A stretch of 64,000 nucleotides of DNA from Lama guanicoe (Eukaryota). The translations under genes were made by a program, and so were the position numbers. A model generated the notes under the pieces. The model did no database searches. It worked only from the letters and a program-made list of their open reading frames with translations, and was not told the DNA's origin. The number at the start of each line of letters is the position of its first letter. Positions within the stretch are counted from its first letter, which is position 1. This document shows, piece by piece, positions 26,698 through 40,297 of this stretch. The stretch lies in assembly GCA_013239625.1 (NCBI GenBank), contig MU054187.1, forward strand, positions 17,104,711 to 17,168,710, in the 5' to 3' direction.

Positions 26698-27160
26698 TAC
26701 TCAGCCATAGAAAAGAATAAAATTACGCCATTTTCAGCAAATAAATGGACCTGGAAATCATCATACTAAATACAGTAAGCCAGAAAGAGAAAGAAAAATA
26801 CTATATGATATCTCTTATATGTGGAATCTAAAAAAAGGACACAGATTAACTTATTTACAAAACAGAGATAGGCTGACAGACATAGAAAACAAACTTATGG
26901 TTATTGTGGGGGGAGGAGGTGGGAAGGGATAAATTAGGGATTTGAGATTTGTAGATAATAATTACCATATATAAAATAGATAAGCAAGTTTATACTATAT
27001 GGCAGAGGGAACTATTTAATATCTTATAATAGCCTATAATGAAAAAGAATATGAAAACAAATATATGTGTATATATATATATGTATAACTGAACTAATTA
27101 TGTGATACACCAGAAATTGACACAAAATTGTAAACTGACTATACTTCAGTTAAAAAAAAA
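26143..27160 (+). mobile_element. Young L1, 5'-truncated ~1 kb (ORF2 C-terminus, 3'UTR, poly-A)
   Basis: ORF 26086-26697 gives the L1 ORF2 C-terminus ([53 protein letters not shown]). G-rich 3'UTR and A-tail at ~27152-27160. Confidence 0.97.
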
Positions 27161-30100
27161 CTAAGTGAACAGAAATTGTGTTTCACAGTTTACAGATCTC
27201 TTATGGAAAATTTTAATTTATAGCCCCAAAGAGAGAGAAGAAACTGACTAACCTAAATAGGAAATTTCTGTTTCATTTGGATCTGGTCTTCCTGTGTAGA
27301 CACAAACACTGAACTGCTTTTCCCATGTTTTGTTTTTACCACCATCACTTGACATTCCACCAATGACAAGCAAGTCAATAAATGACCTGTCTGCAACCAG
27401 ATTGCAGATATTTCACACTGTGTCCTTACCATTGACTTGAATACAGAATTTAGAACTATCTCCACAGACCTGAGAAGCATAATAGTTGTCAATTTTATTA
27501 AATGTTTGCAAGCATCCCACAGGCTTGCCAGCCCTCACCTCTGGCAAGTCCTTCTTGACTAGAGATTGTTGGCAAAGGGAATGAAGGCAGCAAAGATACT
27601 TTTATGGTTTCTCGTATTATCTTTCCTTGATGGACAGATGTGTTTTAAAAGTGAGAAATTTATATTGAAAGATAAAAATTTTAAACAAATGATGCTGGTT
27701 AATTGATTTAAATAATTTTTTTTTTGGTAAAATTTTTGTCATGGCCATCATTCTGATAATACTTTTCTCAGCATGAGGGTATCTGAAGGAATAGAAGCCT
27801 GAAGCTCTAAGTTTTCCAGTATAAAAACTAAGCTAAGAATATTTTAACTGGGCCTAATTGGCCCTAATTGATATGCTATGTAAAAAAAAATACACCAGGA
27901 AAGCAAGATTTTTCCTCCTTTGTATGAAAAATAAAATGCTCACCTAAAACATTTTAACAAAGCCTCTGCATCCACTGGGATGTGAGCCCATCATTTAATT
28001 TCACATTTTTATATTGATTTGTGAAATATTTCTGAGCTAGCAATATTAATGAAGAGTAACATGGATTCAATGCAGGTGTTTTTAATACAAAGTGTTTTTG
28101 AAGGAAATTTCCCAAACCACAATATTCTTGACCACCCAAGCTGACTATGTAATTAGCAAGTCATACCTGACCCCTTACCATACGGCATAGCAGGTTTCCC
28201 ATAACACTGGTTTTGAATGAGCAGCTAGAGAATTATATTGAGACAGAATTTGAAAAAAATGAAAAGACGACAAGCAACAATTAGTCTGGCATGGCGGAAA
28301 TAGATTTTTCCTTTGCTCATTGTTGGGCCACATCCTAAAAGTGTGCTAAGCCTAGTGAAATTGAAATATGCCCTCCGAGACCACAGAGCACTTGAGGAGA
28401 GGCGGCAGAGTTACCCATGTGTGAAGTTTTGAGGAATTTTTCAGATTTTATAGTTTCCCATAGAAAACAATAAAGTTGTTATTGAAGTCCAAATGTGTAG
28501 ATGGAAGTCCAGCGAGAGTTGTCTATTTCGTTCCCAAGATGGCTGTGCTGAGTGCAAGGTGTTAAAGAAGTTCTCTGGGTCCTTGGTTGTCCCTTAGGAA
28601 AAAGGGCTCCCATGCAGGTGTACGTGCTTCCTTATCTTTCCAACCCTGGTGCACAGAAGATGAGTATGCAGTACACAAGATGCTACTCCTTCTCTACACA
28701 ACCTTCTTGTTGAGTTTGTGTATCAATTAGAAGCATGAAGTGAAACAGAATAAAGACACCCTTGGTTTGAACACTTCAGTATTTAGCTCTTCCATTGCCC
28801 TAAGCAAGGTTTGACCAAGGCACATAAAAACAAAGCAGTTTAGGATCATACGTAAAGCAAAGTTTAGGTAAGTAATGTAAGCTAATATCACTACCTTTAA
28901 AAAGACAAAACCAAATAAAAACATACATTTCGCAATTCCAATTTTATGCAGTAATTATCACGTGCTGTATTCCTTGGGACTTTTTAAGGAGAGATTTGTA
29001 TATATCTGTATACATTTCATATCTGCTTTCTCTCCTTCCAAATTTACAATGTAAGCTGGAGCAGGCGAGAGAGAGGAAGATAGAGAGACAGGGAGAAAGA
29101 GTGACATATATCACACTTACAATCAGTGGAGTAAAAAAGAAGAGATAGTGAGAGAGATCAAAACATTGTTTTATCTTTAAAAAAGTGTTTAATGAGATAT
29201 GAAGCCCCAAAATTCTTATTTGTGAGTATTAGTGATTTTTCTGTATTATTTTCTTTCTCTCTCTTTCCTCTTCTCTTTCATATAGACACACAGCAGTGGA
29301 TTAGCATATTCTTCCCAAATTTTACTGTCACAGAAAAATTAAAATTTGACAAAGTACTCAAATTATCAGGTTAGAATTTAAAAGTTATTAAAGTATTGAA
29401 AAACATACCTATGTGGGAAAGTTCAAAGTTCAAAGTTACCATAGAGATGGAAAAGATAAGAGTAACTCCATAACTTTATGAATTGTTCGTTTTAGGTTAA
29501 TGGCTAAGATTTTTCTCAATTTTGATGGTGGCATCACAAAGGAAAATGTCTAAAGATTTGACTCATCAGTTGTGAGTACTGGGGAGGCAGATTGAAACAT
29601 TCACCTTTTTATAAAAAATATGAACATTCATCTCACTATGACTCTTATTCTTTATCTTTGCAAGAAAAGCTACGTACAAATGCCCTTCTTGCTCTCACTC
29701 CTCTGCCTTTTCCCCCTTCTACTGTGTTCTTTCTCTGTCCTTTCCTCATTTGCATTCTGGGGATTGGGGTATTTGGTATATATTTATGAATTAGTTACGC
29801 TAATCCAACTTTTGAAGAAAGAAGAACAATTTTTTTCCATTAACAATAACAGTCCACCAAAAATTAACTGGGATTTCGCTGAGGAGAGTCACAAGAATCA
29901 GCTAGAATTGAGAAGCTGGGATGGTGGGGAGGGAGGACTTGAGCCTGGAGTTGGTCCCTGAAGGGGATTCACTTCTCCCGGGTGGACAATGAGTAGACAA
30001 GGAGACCTCGTTACACTCCTGAAAGCCTCGTTGATCACAGCACTCAACACTCAAAAGCCTTTTGTTAAGTGGAACATGACTTCATCCTCACCTCGAGATT

Positions 30101-30539
30101 TCAAAGAAGGTTTCCTTTTTTTTTTTTCCCTCAAGATTTTTTTCTCTCTGGTAGAAACTGACTCTCAGGGACACTGTAGCCTTTCCTGTATCTACATTAT
30201 CCCACCTCCACCGAGCTCCTGAGCTGAACTGTGTGCCGTGCTTGTCAGAACAACAGCAGGGTTGCACTGAGCAGATTAGAACACACAGAGTTCACTGGGG
30301 AGAGATGGAAAAGACTGGGTTAATATTCAGACAATACAATAAACTACGAGGGAAGCCTCAATAACATCTCTTCTGCAAATTTTTCATGTAAGAAATCAAA
30401 CTTGCACCTGTTAGTATAAACTTAACACATTTCAACTCTCCCTCCACTCTAATTTGGATTCTCAATGCGAACCACTCATTAGAAATGTTCAGTGTCACCC
30501 GAGTCATCTAGAACATTTGTCTCCATTTGTCTATGATGA

Positions 30540-31209
30540 TAAGGAAAAACTTTCTTCTTTCCATCAAATAAAGGAAAACTCTTTCCTCCACTTTCAACAC
30601 TTCTAATACCTTATTTACCATTACCTATTTATTACAAAGTTTACAATGCAGGAGCCGCCAAATGGAAGAGATGCTTAGAGCAACATAGTGAGGAACAAGG
30701 CTTCCACTCCCTCCCTGGACACGCAGCTCTCCCTGCACCAGCATGTGTTCACTGACCTGGAGGCTGTCTAATGCCCTCAGTGAAGGTGTTTATGGAGGCT
30801 TTAGTATACAGGCATGATTGATTAAATTATTAACAATTGATTATTAATTCATTCTCCAGGCTTCCTGCCTCTCTCCTCTCCCCATGACTAAGGGTGGAGT
30901 TAAAAGTTCCAACTCTCTAATCACACAGTTGATTTCTCTGGAAACCAGCCCCCATCCTCCAAAAGTCACCTCTTCAGCACAAACCCAAGAATGGTTGAAA
31001 GGGGCTTATTACAAATAACAAAACTTGCCTCTCTCACTCCTGTCATTCAGGATGTGTTTCAAAAGCTGAGCGCAAAAATCAAACATTCTGACAAAAGACG
31101 CTTCTCTTATTCTTATCTCTTAGGAAATTACAAGGGGTCTGGGGAGCTTTGGCCGGGAGCTGGGGATGAAGACTAAGATTTATATGCCTTATTGCATCAC
31201 AGTATCACA
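30540..31209 (-). mobile_element. MER21-type solo LTR
   Basis: Motifs atggaagagatgc, ttatggaggcttt..caggcatgattgattaa, aggggcttattacaaataacaa, taggaaattacaaggg, and terminal atcacagtatcaca. Confidence 0.8.
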
Positions 31210-31731
31210 GATGAGTGTGACATGTGTGAGCTTGTTGGATTGGCCAATTTGTTTGCTAATTCCAAAACAATTCCTTAAGCCAGTAAACATCAAAAGAATG
31301 ATAGTGACAACAGTCCCTCACTTTCCTACTAAATTCTGATACACTCTTTGTCCTCTTATATTTGAAATATATAGTTACGGACTTCAGATAGAGGAAGAGG
31401 ACAGTGTACCAAATGTAAGCAGGTCTAAGAAGTAAATTACAAGCCCTGGGGATATATTTGAGTAGACAGAGCAGGCTACCCCGGAAATAAGGATATCTGG
31501 ATTTCCATCACAACTCTGTCACCAGTTACACAAGCACATGCAACCTGGATGTCACTTTCCTTAGCAGTGAAAGAAAAAGATTCATCACACTGTGCTCTTT
31601 ACAAATGTTTTTAGTATAAATTTTAAGGATTAGTTTTTAATTAATTTAATTAAATTTAAAATATTCTTTTATTTATTCCTAGAATATAGATATTATTTTC
31701 ATTCCAACTGGGACTCAGAGTGAGGCTAGGT

Positions 31732-32184
31732 ACTATTGTGGGTCGAGTTGTGTCCCCAAGATATAAGCTGAAGTCCTAATCTCTGATTCTTGTGACTGTG
31801 AAGTTATTTGACAATAGGGTCTTTGCCGATGTGATTGAGTTAAGATGAGGTCCTACTGGATTAGAGTGGGCTCTGATTTAATACCCCTGCTGTTCTTATA
31901 AGAAAAGGAAACATACACACGAACAAGAGAACGCCATGTGAAGATGGAGGCAGAAAGTGGAGTGATGAGTCTCTAAGTAAAGGAATGCCGAGGGATTTGG
32001 GCCACCACCGAGAGCTAGGAGACAGGCACAAGGCAGATTCTCTCGGAGCTTCCAGGAGGAACCAGCACTGTTGACAGCTGAATCTCAGACTTCTAGCTTC
32101 CAGAACTGTGAGAAAATAAATGTCTGTTGTTGTAAGCTAGCCAGTTTGTGGTACTTTGTTACAGCAGTCTTGAGGAACTAACAT
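31732..32184 (+). mobile_element. MLT1 (B/C-like) MaLR solo LTR
   Basis: ttgtgtccccaa...agggtctttgccgatgtgattgagttaagatgaggtc...cagaactgtgagaaaataaatgtctgttgttgtaagc...gtactttgttacagcag. Confidence 0.92.
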
Positions 32185-33248
32185 AGTTATCAATTAACTA
32201 CAGACGTAAACTGTGAGTTTCCCATGATGTATTGCTTTGCCATCTACCAGAGAGATGATCAACTGAGTACAAATAACACAGTTTGAGGGCAGTCCATATT
32301 TTTGTATACTCGCCTTATAAATAATTCTGGTGTAGATCACAAAGGAGGCACCCAGCTGTACTTACCAAAGATAATTTAGATTAAACCATTTTCTACATTA
32401 CATATTTAGTTGAAAAGAAAAAAAAACAATTCCTGAGTCACTATTTATTTATCGATTTGGTGGCTAATTTAAGGATTCGGAGTTTTTAAACAAAAGTTAC
32501 CTGGAATATGGCCATTTTAGCTTACAAGCTATAATCAGCTGAGATTTTAGCTCTTACAAAATTGATTTTATTTTTATTGGCTTTTTTGGTGTTTACTTTC
32601 GAACTCTACTCTTACATGTAGAACTTTGAAGAAATGTGTGATGGATGAATGTAAGAGATCTAGTACCAGGTCCGTGTTTTTTCAGATGAGGAAGCTGAAA
32701 TCCCCAACATAGGAAATTGGAAAAGAGATGAAACTCTAACTTGGGTTGTCAAGTTTCCCACTGTTTACACCAGCTACACTGCATTGTTCCCACTGGATTT
32801 CAAATCTAGGAGGTGGAAGCCTCTCGCATTACCTGGATTTAACTTGTTAGTGTTGATGAATATATTTGAATGTGGAGATCTGAAACTAAGTTGAGTATCG
32901 ATTATAAATTAGAGAAAAGTGAGGTCTTTTAATAAAAATGTATCTGTGTTGTTTTGTGGGTATTCTTTTGTTTGGTTTTAGTATCTGTTTTCCTCCATTC
33001 CCTCAAATCAAAGTTTTCTTAAATGAGGGAAAAATTCTCTCCTTTGCTTTGTAGGGTCTGGGAAATAAACATGAATCTGTCATTTCAGCCACCACCATTT
33101 CTACATTTCTCATTCTTTAAATGAACTGCTGTGCCTAACAGGAATGCAGATGTTACGAGAAGAATAAAAACCTCTAATGAATGAGTTTGGGGCATTCACA
33201 ACTTAGGACAGAATCAAGACATCAGTAGGAATTCCATCCCTCATGAGA

Positions 33249-33292
33249 GTTTTTAACGCTTAAAATAAAATTGTTTTTTAAGCGTTAAAAAC
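33249..33292. repeat. Perfect inverted repeat, 17-bp arms, 10-nt spacer
   Basis: gtttttaacgcttaaaa (33249-33265) / ttttaagcgttaaaaac (33276-33292). Confidence 0.95.
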
Positions 33293-35234
33293 ACCTTCAA
33301 AATATGTTTAATGTATACGAGAAATTTACTTCTGTCCATGTTGTTTAACAAAGACACAGAATTCACACAAGTTCATTTACTTTATTTTCACCAGACATTA
33401 GCCAGGGAAAAACTAAGCCACAAAGCTGACAGCTAAAGAAATTCTGCCTATCAGTTTTAAGACCAATTCACATTTGTAGCATGAGGGAGAAAAGCACACA
33501 AAACCTCTAACCCATAAGGATTTTGTTTTTTATTAGGGACTGTATCTGAGTTTTTAAAGCACGGTATGAATTTTAAAGAAAAGGTACGGTGTTGGTGCGC
33601 TGTTCGATTCCCTAGAAATTGTTTGAGAAAGAATCAAGTGATTTAACAACAAACTTATGATTTCCCCTACAAAGTGCTCTTTGTATATTGGTATGGCTAT
33701 GAATTTCAAGATTCGTAGTGAATGTCATCAAGATGTTATCATTTTCCCTTACTTACTTTTAAATACCATATTCCTAAGGGGCAGGATCAGAAGAACATCT
33801 TGCATTTCTAATCTTAATATTTCATATAAAAGAAACCACTCTAATTCCCCTCAGAGCACTTAACAGAATAACAAAGAGTATCCTGGACCATCTTTTACTA
33901 TTGCAGTTATATGCAATTTATATACAGATGTGTGGGACAGGGCTTGCAAAAAAAAGGGGGGAGGAAATGTGCCAGAATTCTAAAATATCTAGACAAAACA
34001 CAGTTTCTCTTGTACAGAGTCACAACATTTCTTTGTCTAAAAACAAATGATAGGAACAGTCCTCGATAGTGACTGATCATGAAAAGAAACCCCAGGAGTA
34101 CAGAGACACTATATAAAGATCTAGAAGGAAGTCATTATGCTGTTGAGGGAATAAGAAATTTAAGTCAGAGAGTTGTGAAATGTTCTCATTATAGGTCATC
34201 CTGGTGATTATCTGACTTCTACAGACGGAGTCACTTCTTAATCAAAAGAATGAATCATTACTGATATTGATTCAGACCAAGATGTTTGAAATAATGGGTC
34301 TGGTAACTCAAGTATAAATTTGGAGGCAATTCCAACAACTTCTTAGCTAAAGTTTTACACTAAATTAAAAAATATATATATGCTTTTACACTTTTGATGA
34401 TTATATTAAAATATAGCCATAACTGGGGATAAAATTGGAGTAGTGTAATCTCCTGAATAAGACCTAAAAATAATGGAGGTTGCTAGTATTCATGGTGCCA
34501 TTGACATGGATTAATTATTAACAAGTATGACATGGGATTACACTCTTCTAAGAATAATGCAGAAGCTTACTAAAGAATATAGAATTTTACTGGGCAGCAG
34601 AGTCATTTAATCTTTTTAAACTATTTTCAGAATTAAGAGGCTTGAAGATAGTAGATAACTAGCCAGTTTGGCAAAAGAAATACAACTAAATGCAATTTAT
34701 ATTAACCCCAATTTAACATCAGTTGAGTCCTGACAGGATCCAGAGCTATTATGGACGTAAGGGCACATGTAGTCAAAACAGACATTAAAGACAAGGAAGA
34801 AGAGCCGTAGATGCAACACATTGTTAGGAGAATAAAATACCAGTTATTAAAACAAAAAAGAGAAAGCTGTAACCAGCAGAGAGTTGCTCTAGGCATGAAT
34901 CCAACTATGGCAAGTGGCTTTCTTTCCATTATTTCATTGTTGTTGGTGAGAGGAAGGAACTTCTAGAAAATTGAGTGGTATTTCCCCAATCTCTCAGAAT
35001 TATGTAGTGAATTAAAACAAAATGACTTCAAGAAGTACCTAATAGTATAAGCCGGTAAAGGGGGGTGGGGGGAGGAGTAAAGAAAAAAGAAAAGAACAAA
35101 GCAATATTGTCAGTCTTGTAAAGCAATGAAACTACCTGGGGTTCCACTAATGCTCAGGATCCAAATCCAACCTAAGGCTATTGGTTTCATTCTCATAAAG
35201 GGACAATTGTCATACTCTCAATTTCCCTCCCATA

Positions 35235-35420
35235 TCAGAGTAGTAAGACCTTGCCTGGGTTCTTGAAGTCCAAATACCTGTGTTGGAATCCTACCTTTAA
35301 CAATTATTACATCTGTGACCTGGAAAATTACTTTATCTGTGTCTCAATTATGTCCTTAGTAAAATAGACATAATTGTGCTTGTGGTTTTTGTGAGTGTTT
35401 TTTTTTTTGAAAAGACCAAA
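35235..35420 (+). mobile_element. MIR SINE (degenerate)
   Basis: ttggaatcctac...tgtgacctggaaaattactttatctgtgtctcaatt...gtaaaatag core-like sequence. Confidence 0.6.
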
Positions 35421-36854
35421 TGAATTAGGTTTTCAAAAATTTCAGATCATCATCAATAGACATCATTCACCACTTGTTCATCTGGGAAGCATCTGCTACG
35501 CTATATCATGTAAACTTTCTCAAATTATAGATCGCAGAATAAATCTCATTTGATTTTTATAGGAAGATAGTAATGAATAATATGTACAATGAATTTAATT
35601 TGTTATTTTAGAAAAGAAGTGCCTTTTTGGTTTCCTTATTTCATTGATTAAAGCAGTCATGATCATTTGTTACATAGTTAACAGTATTCTTTAATGTAAC
35701 CAATGTATATTTTGTAAATTATCTTGAGATATTTCAGCAAGGCATTTTACTTAGTATAGTATAAAATCAGGCATTAGGGAATAAAGAGATGGACCAGAAA
35801 CACTTCTGGAAATAAATGGAATGTGAGTTTTGTTTTTCACAAACTGGTGCTGATATAGTACCCAAAAGGGCTTTTGCAAATTTTTTGTGACAAAAATGTT
35901 TTAACGGGACTTGCATTAGATACAAATTACCCAAAGAAAGCTGTTATGCTCTATTAAGTAAACAATGCTTAGCTAGTGCTGAAACTACTTGTAAATCACT
36001 CCATCCCCTAAGGGCTGATTTACTATACAGTATACTGTATTTTGTTACCCATCTTTACCTTCTTTTTCACACTGCTTCTTCCATTTTAGGGTTTTTCATG
36101 AGCTTGGGTCGTTCCAAATCAAAATTATACACCAGGATGAAATTCACAAGCTCAGTTTAATTAACTCGAGAGAGATGATGATCTGAATATTTCCCCAAAA
36201 TGCCAATGCTCATTGTCTTTTAGATAAAACACTGAAAATATAGAGACCTCTTACTTTTATTAGGATACATCGTGCAGGTAGAAATCATCTGGAAGTTGGA
36301 AACATTAAGAAAATTAAAAGTTTTTTTTAAGGGTTAATTAAGTATCATTTGAGGACAAGGCTTGTACTCTTTCCCTGAATTTATAGAAAATGCAAGATAG
36401 CAGAACGAGATACCTCATAAAAATCTGAAAAGCAAAGAACTTGAAACTAGCTTTGAAATGACATATTTCACAGGTAGAATAATACAAATTTAAAGCTAGA
36501 GTGCATGATTATTACACTGCTGTACCCCTAGGGCAGAAGAGGAGAGGGTTTAAGACTGTGAACACACGAGCTTTTATCCCTTCCCAGGGAAGTATATGCT
36601 AGTTACAGAGAGATCTATGTCCAAAATTTTACCTTAAATTACTTACAGGCTACTGCTAGGGTTTCTGAGTTTCTATCTGCTTAAACCAGATGCAGTTGGA
36701 CAGCCAAGATGAGTCTTTAACCCAGATTCTGTGTAGAATAATATTTTCTCTGACTTTGCCATCACCCTTAAGTTTTTAATTTTCACTTGAAATATTTCAC
36801 TTAAAATTCTCTGTATTTTGCCATCTTCTTAACAGTATCAAAAAGAGGTAGATA

Positions 36855-37170
36855 CAATGTTGTTGAAAAGCAGAGTCTTTGTAGTGAGCAGGGCTGGAAT
36901 CTGACCCCAGCATTACTAGGTTCACATCGTGGAAAGTTTATTGGGCAAGTTAATACCTCTTTGCAGAAGTTCCATAACCTAAGAATACGAAGATAGATAT
37001 ATGTATGTTCACGTATGACTGAAACATGCTGTACACCAGAAATTGATGTAACATTGTAAACTGACTATATTTCAATTTTTGTATATATATATATATATTT
37101 TGTATATATATACACAGACACATACATACACACACAAAGCTCCATATCTTAAAATGGGATGTTAATTTTT
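36855..37170 (+). mobile_element. MIR interrupted by a short L1 3'-end insertion
   Basis: MIR 5' part (aaagcagagtctttg...gggcaagttaatacctct) resumes as ccatatcttaaaatgggat after the insert. Confidence 0.65.
36983..37136 (+). mobile_element. ~95-bp young L1 3' tip with (TA)n/(CA)n tail
   Basis: gtacaccagaaattgatgtaacattgtaaactgactatatttcaa matches 27105-27150 of the local L1. Confidence 0.88.
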
Positions 37171-37264
37171 TATTCATAGGTTTTTTAGAATTTTCAAATA
37201 ACTTTCTAGATTTCTGGTTTTGAATCCAATGTTTATTTGCTGAGTTGCTGGAGGTTCAGTGTAG

Positions 37265-38260
37265 ACTAGCTTGAGAGTTATAAAATCTGTAGGGGCACCA
37301 TCAAACATGCCAACAATAATGGGAAAGTCAGAAGGAAAGGAAAAAGAAAAAAAGAGCAAAAAGAATATTTGATACACATTGGACAAAAGCTTCCCAAATT
37401 TGAAGAAACTCTAACTCACACATTTAAGAAACACAACAAACTCAGAAGTTGTAAAAATTCGATAAAATGAATGTGTACGATAATATAGCCAAGCTTTCAA
37501 ATACCAAATACAGAGATAATCGAGCAAACACTAAGAGAAACAGAATTTGTCATGTAGAAGGGAGCCTCAACGTGATTAACAAGCGACTGCTCATCAGTAA
37601 GCATGGAGGCCAGAAGGCAATGAGATAATATATTAAAATGCGGAAAAAAAGTGTGTCGGTCATGAATTCTATATTAAACAAAACTATTCTTAAAAATTGG
37701 GTGGAAAGGCAATACATTCCTGGATAAACAGAAACTGAGAGAATCTGTTGCTGGAAGAAATACAAAATACAAAAATACAAGAAATACTAAAGAGTTTTTC
37801 ATGCAGAAATGAAAGAATACTAGATATTACAGTCTTCCCTTGGTATCGATGGGGGATTGGTTCCAGGACCCACTGTGAATACCAAAATCCACAGAAGCTT
37901 GAGTTCCATAGTTGGCCCTCTGTATCTGTGGTTCCGTATCGACATATTCAACCAACCACAGAATCTGTAATGCTGTATCTATTTATTGAAAAAAAAATCT
38001 TTATATAAGTGGACCTGTGCCATTCAAACCTGTGTTGTTCAAAGGTCAACTGTAACTTAAAGCCATATAAAAACATAAAGTGCACCAGTAAAAGTAGTTA
38101 ACTATAAAAGAGTATAAACGTATTTTTTTACAACTGTTTTCTTCTCCTACATAATCCAAGAAATAATTGCATAAACCAATAATTATAAAATGGTGTTGAT
38201 AGGTTTAGAATGTATGAACATGTAATTTGTATGGCAATAGTAATAAAATGAAATGGGTAT
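37265..38260 (+). mobile_element. Old L1M ORF1/inter-ORF fragment, interrupted by MER8
   Basis: L1 ORF1-region motifs: aaagcttcccaaatttga, catggaggccagaaggcaatg, gaattctatatt, aaactgagagaatctgttgc. Confidence 0.7.
37830..38052 (-). mobile_element. MER8 (TcMar-Tigger MITE), full length
   Basis: TA|cagtcttcccttggtatc ... cctgtgttgttcaaaggtcaactg|TA termini, ~223 bp. Confidence 0.85.
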
Positions 38261-38747
38261 GTCTCTCTAAAATTCAATTTACCAATCCCATCAAAGCTGT
38301 AATTTGGTAGGAACAATTTCATGTTGAAGAAAAAAAATTGAGGTTTTTCCTAAACAAATTTTTTTTTAGAGACAGGGAGCTACATTTTCATTAAAAAAAA
38401 AACTATAAACATAACATATAGGAATTAATAAGATATTAGACACCACAAGGCTTGAGTAGGGTTTAGTTTTTTGGCAAAAGTACATTTTTCAATCTCTCCT
38501 TTCTTAATGGCTTCCCTCAAATAAATACCTGAAAATAATCCTTATCCATTTTATTTATAAACCAGTGCCTTATCTGTTGACCAAAAAACTACTTTTTTTT
38601 GATGTTTAGTCAGTGAGAGCAAAGTTAGAGACTGCATTTGATATGTTTATTTTAAAGTCCTGTATGCCTTTAGATTTATCAACTAGAAATCTTCAATAGG
38701 AATCTTTTGATTTATCATCATACTTTTTTTCTTTTTTTATATATTTT

Positions 38748-38960
38748 TATTATATTTAGTCCGTTTACAATGCTGTGCCAATTTCTGGTGAACAACATAA
38801 TGCTTCAGTCACACATGAACACACATATATTAATTTTCATATTCCTTTCCACCCTAAGTTGCTACAAGATATTGAATATAGTTCCCTGTGCTATACAGTA
38901 TGAACTTGTTGTTTATCTATTTTATATCTATTAGTTAGGATAAATTGGGAGTTTGAGATC
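38748..38960 (-). mobile_element. Young L1 3'-end fragment with inverted 5' tip
   Basis: 38755-38937 aligns with the antisense L1 at 1615-1800. 38938-38960 is the next L1 segment in the opposite orientation. Confidence 0.88.
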
Positions 38961-39665
38961 TTTATACATTTTAAGTGTCTATCTTTCTTAGAAGATTTTA
39001 AAAATTCATTTGGAAACATTTACTGACTATTGTATACATGTACTCCTGTGCACTTGCACTTGCAATATGAACATGTATAAGACATTGAATGTGCTCACAG
39101 AAAATAACATGCATATATGTGTGTGGTGTTTAAGACGAAATTGGAACCCACTAATGAGCTTCTGCTTCTGTCTGAGAGATCAGGGAATACAAGCCTAGCA
39201 CATTCTGAATAATAAGTAGGAATTTTTTCTTTATAGAGTGTTATGTTAAGCCAAGAAAAGCATTAGAAATGAAAGCAAGTTTTTACGTATAACTGGTAAA
39301 GATGCACTACAGTTTTGGTGACTTTCCTGTTTTATAATTTGAGTATTAATTGTGTGCAAGCTGGCAAACTAAGTTTATTGAACATTTGCTATATGCTAGT
39401 TTGTTCAAGACATTTCCAAATAAATAAATGGATAAACAAATGGCATCATTTTATTTAATTCATGAGATAAATATTATCAGCTCCAAGTCCAGTTGTCTTT
39501 CCATTAAATCAGGGTGATTCACATAGGGCTGAAGAAAGACATATTCAATCAAGAGCAATAAATAAGTCTGATTTCTCGAAACAGTGTCTAGACTGTTTAG
39601 AGGAATAGGTTGGGGATAAAGACAATATAATCAGGTTTCCTGTAAGTAAATTCTGACTTCTCTAG

Positions 39666-40293
39666 TGTAATTATTTTTCTATGCTGTATAACAAATTGCC
39701 ACACACATAGTGGCTTAAAACAACACACATCAATTAGCTCATAGTTCTGTACATCAGAAGACCTAGCACAGCATGACTGGGTTCTCAATTCAGCTTCTTT
39801 TCAGCCTGGAATCAGATGTTGGCTGTACTTAGTTTTTTTGCCTGAAGGCTTTTAGGACAAATTCACTTTCAAGTTCTTTCAGGTTTTTTGCCAAATCCAG
39901 TTCCTTGTGGTTGTAGGGCTGAGGTCCCCATTCACTTGCTGGCTATGGGCAACTCTCTGTTCATCGAGGCCACCCTGAGAACCCTGCCACGTGACGCTGT
40001 CTACCTCCAAAGCCAAAAAAAGAATGACTTTCTCTCCTGTCAAATCTCCATGATGCTTCCAGTCTCTCTGAGTTTGAATTGTTGGCTTCAGTAAGACACC
40101 AGTCCTTTGTCAAGAAATACCTGATTAGGTCAGCCTCACTGAAGATAATCTCCCTTTATTAAAATGAACTGTGCCAAATAACAACCTAATCCCAGGAGTG
40201 AAATCCATCATGTTCACAGATCCAGGGATTAGACCATGTATGTACTCCAAGGCATGGGGATCTTGGAGGTCATATTAAAATTCTGCTGACCAC
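39666..40293 (-). mobile_element. MLT1 (older subfamily) MaLR solo LTR
   Basis: tgctgtataacaaattgccac..agtggcttaaaacaacac...ttccttgtggttgtagggctgaggtcccc...aaattctgctgaccaca. Confidence 0.85.
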
Positions 40294-40297
40294 ATTC

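Noticed and set aside
33035..33120. Strong-looking splice acceptor ctctcctttgctttgtag
   Set aside because: No donor or recognisable peptide downstream; such sites are common in introns.
35060..35077. G-rich run as a possible G-quadruplex or promoter
   Set aside because: Only two G6 tracts plus GG; no CpG island.
36025..36040. Perfect 16-bp palindrome atacagtatactgtat
   Set aside because: 8-bp arms are expected about once by chance in 64 kb.
36060..36190. Acceptor-like ttcttccattttag followed by a 31-codon open frame
   Set aside because: Unrecognised peptide, ends in a stop, no supporting upstream exon.
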